Shown in pieces: positions 63,600 through 64,000 of a stretch of 64,000 nt of DNA (position 1 is its first letter; every line of letters begins with the position of its first letter). The notes below the pieces were generated by a model. It ran no database searches, was not told the DNA's origin, and saw only the letters and a list, made by a program, of their open reading frames with translations. The position numbers were made by a program, and so were the translations under genes. Source of the DNA: Eledone cirrhosa (Eukaryota); contig OZ024742.1 of the NCBI GenBank assembly GCA_964016885.1, forward strand, positions 71,486,001-71,550,000, read 5' to 3'.

Positions 63600-64000
63600 G
63601 AAGGCGCATGGCTTAGTGGTTAGAGTATTGGGCTTGCAATCGAAAGGTAGGTTGTGAGTTCAATTCTCAAACTGGGTGATGTGTTGTTTCCTTGAGCAAG
63701 ACACTTTATTTCATGTTGCTCCAGTTTACTCAGTTGTAGAATGTGAAGGTGCATGTCTTAGTGGTTAGAGCATTGGGCTTGCAATCGAAAGGTTGTGAGT
63801 TCTATTCTCGGACTGAGTGATGTGTTGTTTCCTTGTGCAAGACACTTTATTTCACGTTGCTCCAGTTTACTCAGCTGTAGAAATGAGATGATAGGACTGG
63901 GGTCCCTATCATTAAATTACCCAAGACACCTCCAACGAGATATACCTTGGAGGAGGCCAGCTAAGCCTGCATAGGTGTGAACTGTTGCCCTCACCGATGT
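63600..64000 (+). mobile_element. Head-to-tail dimer of family-A SINE; second copy carries the 105-bp module tail
   Basis: Heads start at 63600 and 63745. After the hairpin the sequence continues ATTAAATTACCCAAGACACC..CCAGCTAAGCCTGCATAGGTGTG rather than the RTE tail. Confidence 0.88.

Overview
This is AT-rich, repeat-saturated eukaryotic DNA with no recognisable host protein-coding gene. The mix of (TA)n/(CA)n tracts, CORE-like tRNA-SINEs, RTE LINEs and large minisatellites suggests an invertebrate, most likely a cephalopod such as Octopus (inference). Non-LTR retroelements from four groups are present. (1) RTE: one intact 1039-aa APE-RT ORF at 48372-51491, one decayed full-length sister at ~36.8-41.2 kb, and many fragments. 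(2) A 5'-truncated Penelope-like element with an inverted pLTR and a hammerhead-like motif (1.3-4.2 kb). (3) A frameshifted GC-rich CRE-clade RT-RLE element (6.4-9.6 kb). (4) An R4/Dong-like remnant (18.2-19.3 kb). There are also two SINE families and four large minisatellites with 43/28, 16, 27 and 54 bp units. The most notable observation is that the intact RTE is preceded by ~8 near-identical ~508-bp monomers, while its sister copy is preceded by a different ~487-bp monomer that shares only short core motifs. This resembles the monomeric, fast-evolving 5' UTR promoter of rodent L1, but on an RTE. The same RTE 3' UTR is carried by a neighbouring SINE family. All calls come from reading the sequence by eye. 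No searches or folding were run, and boundaries are approximate.
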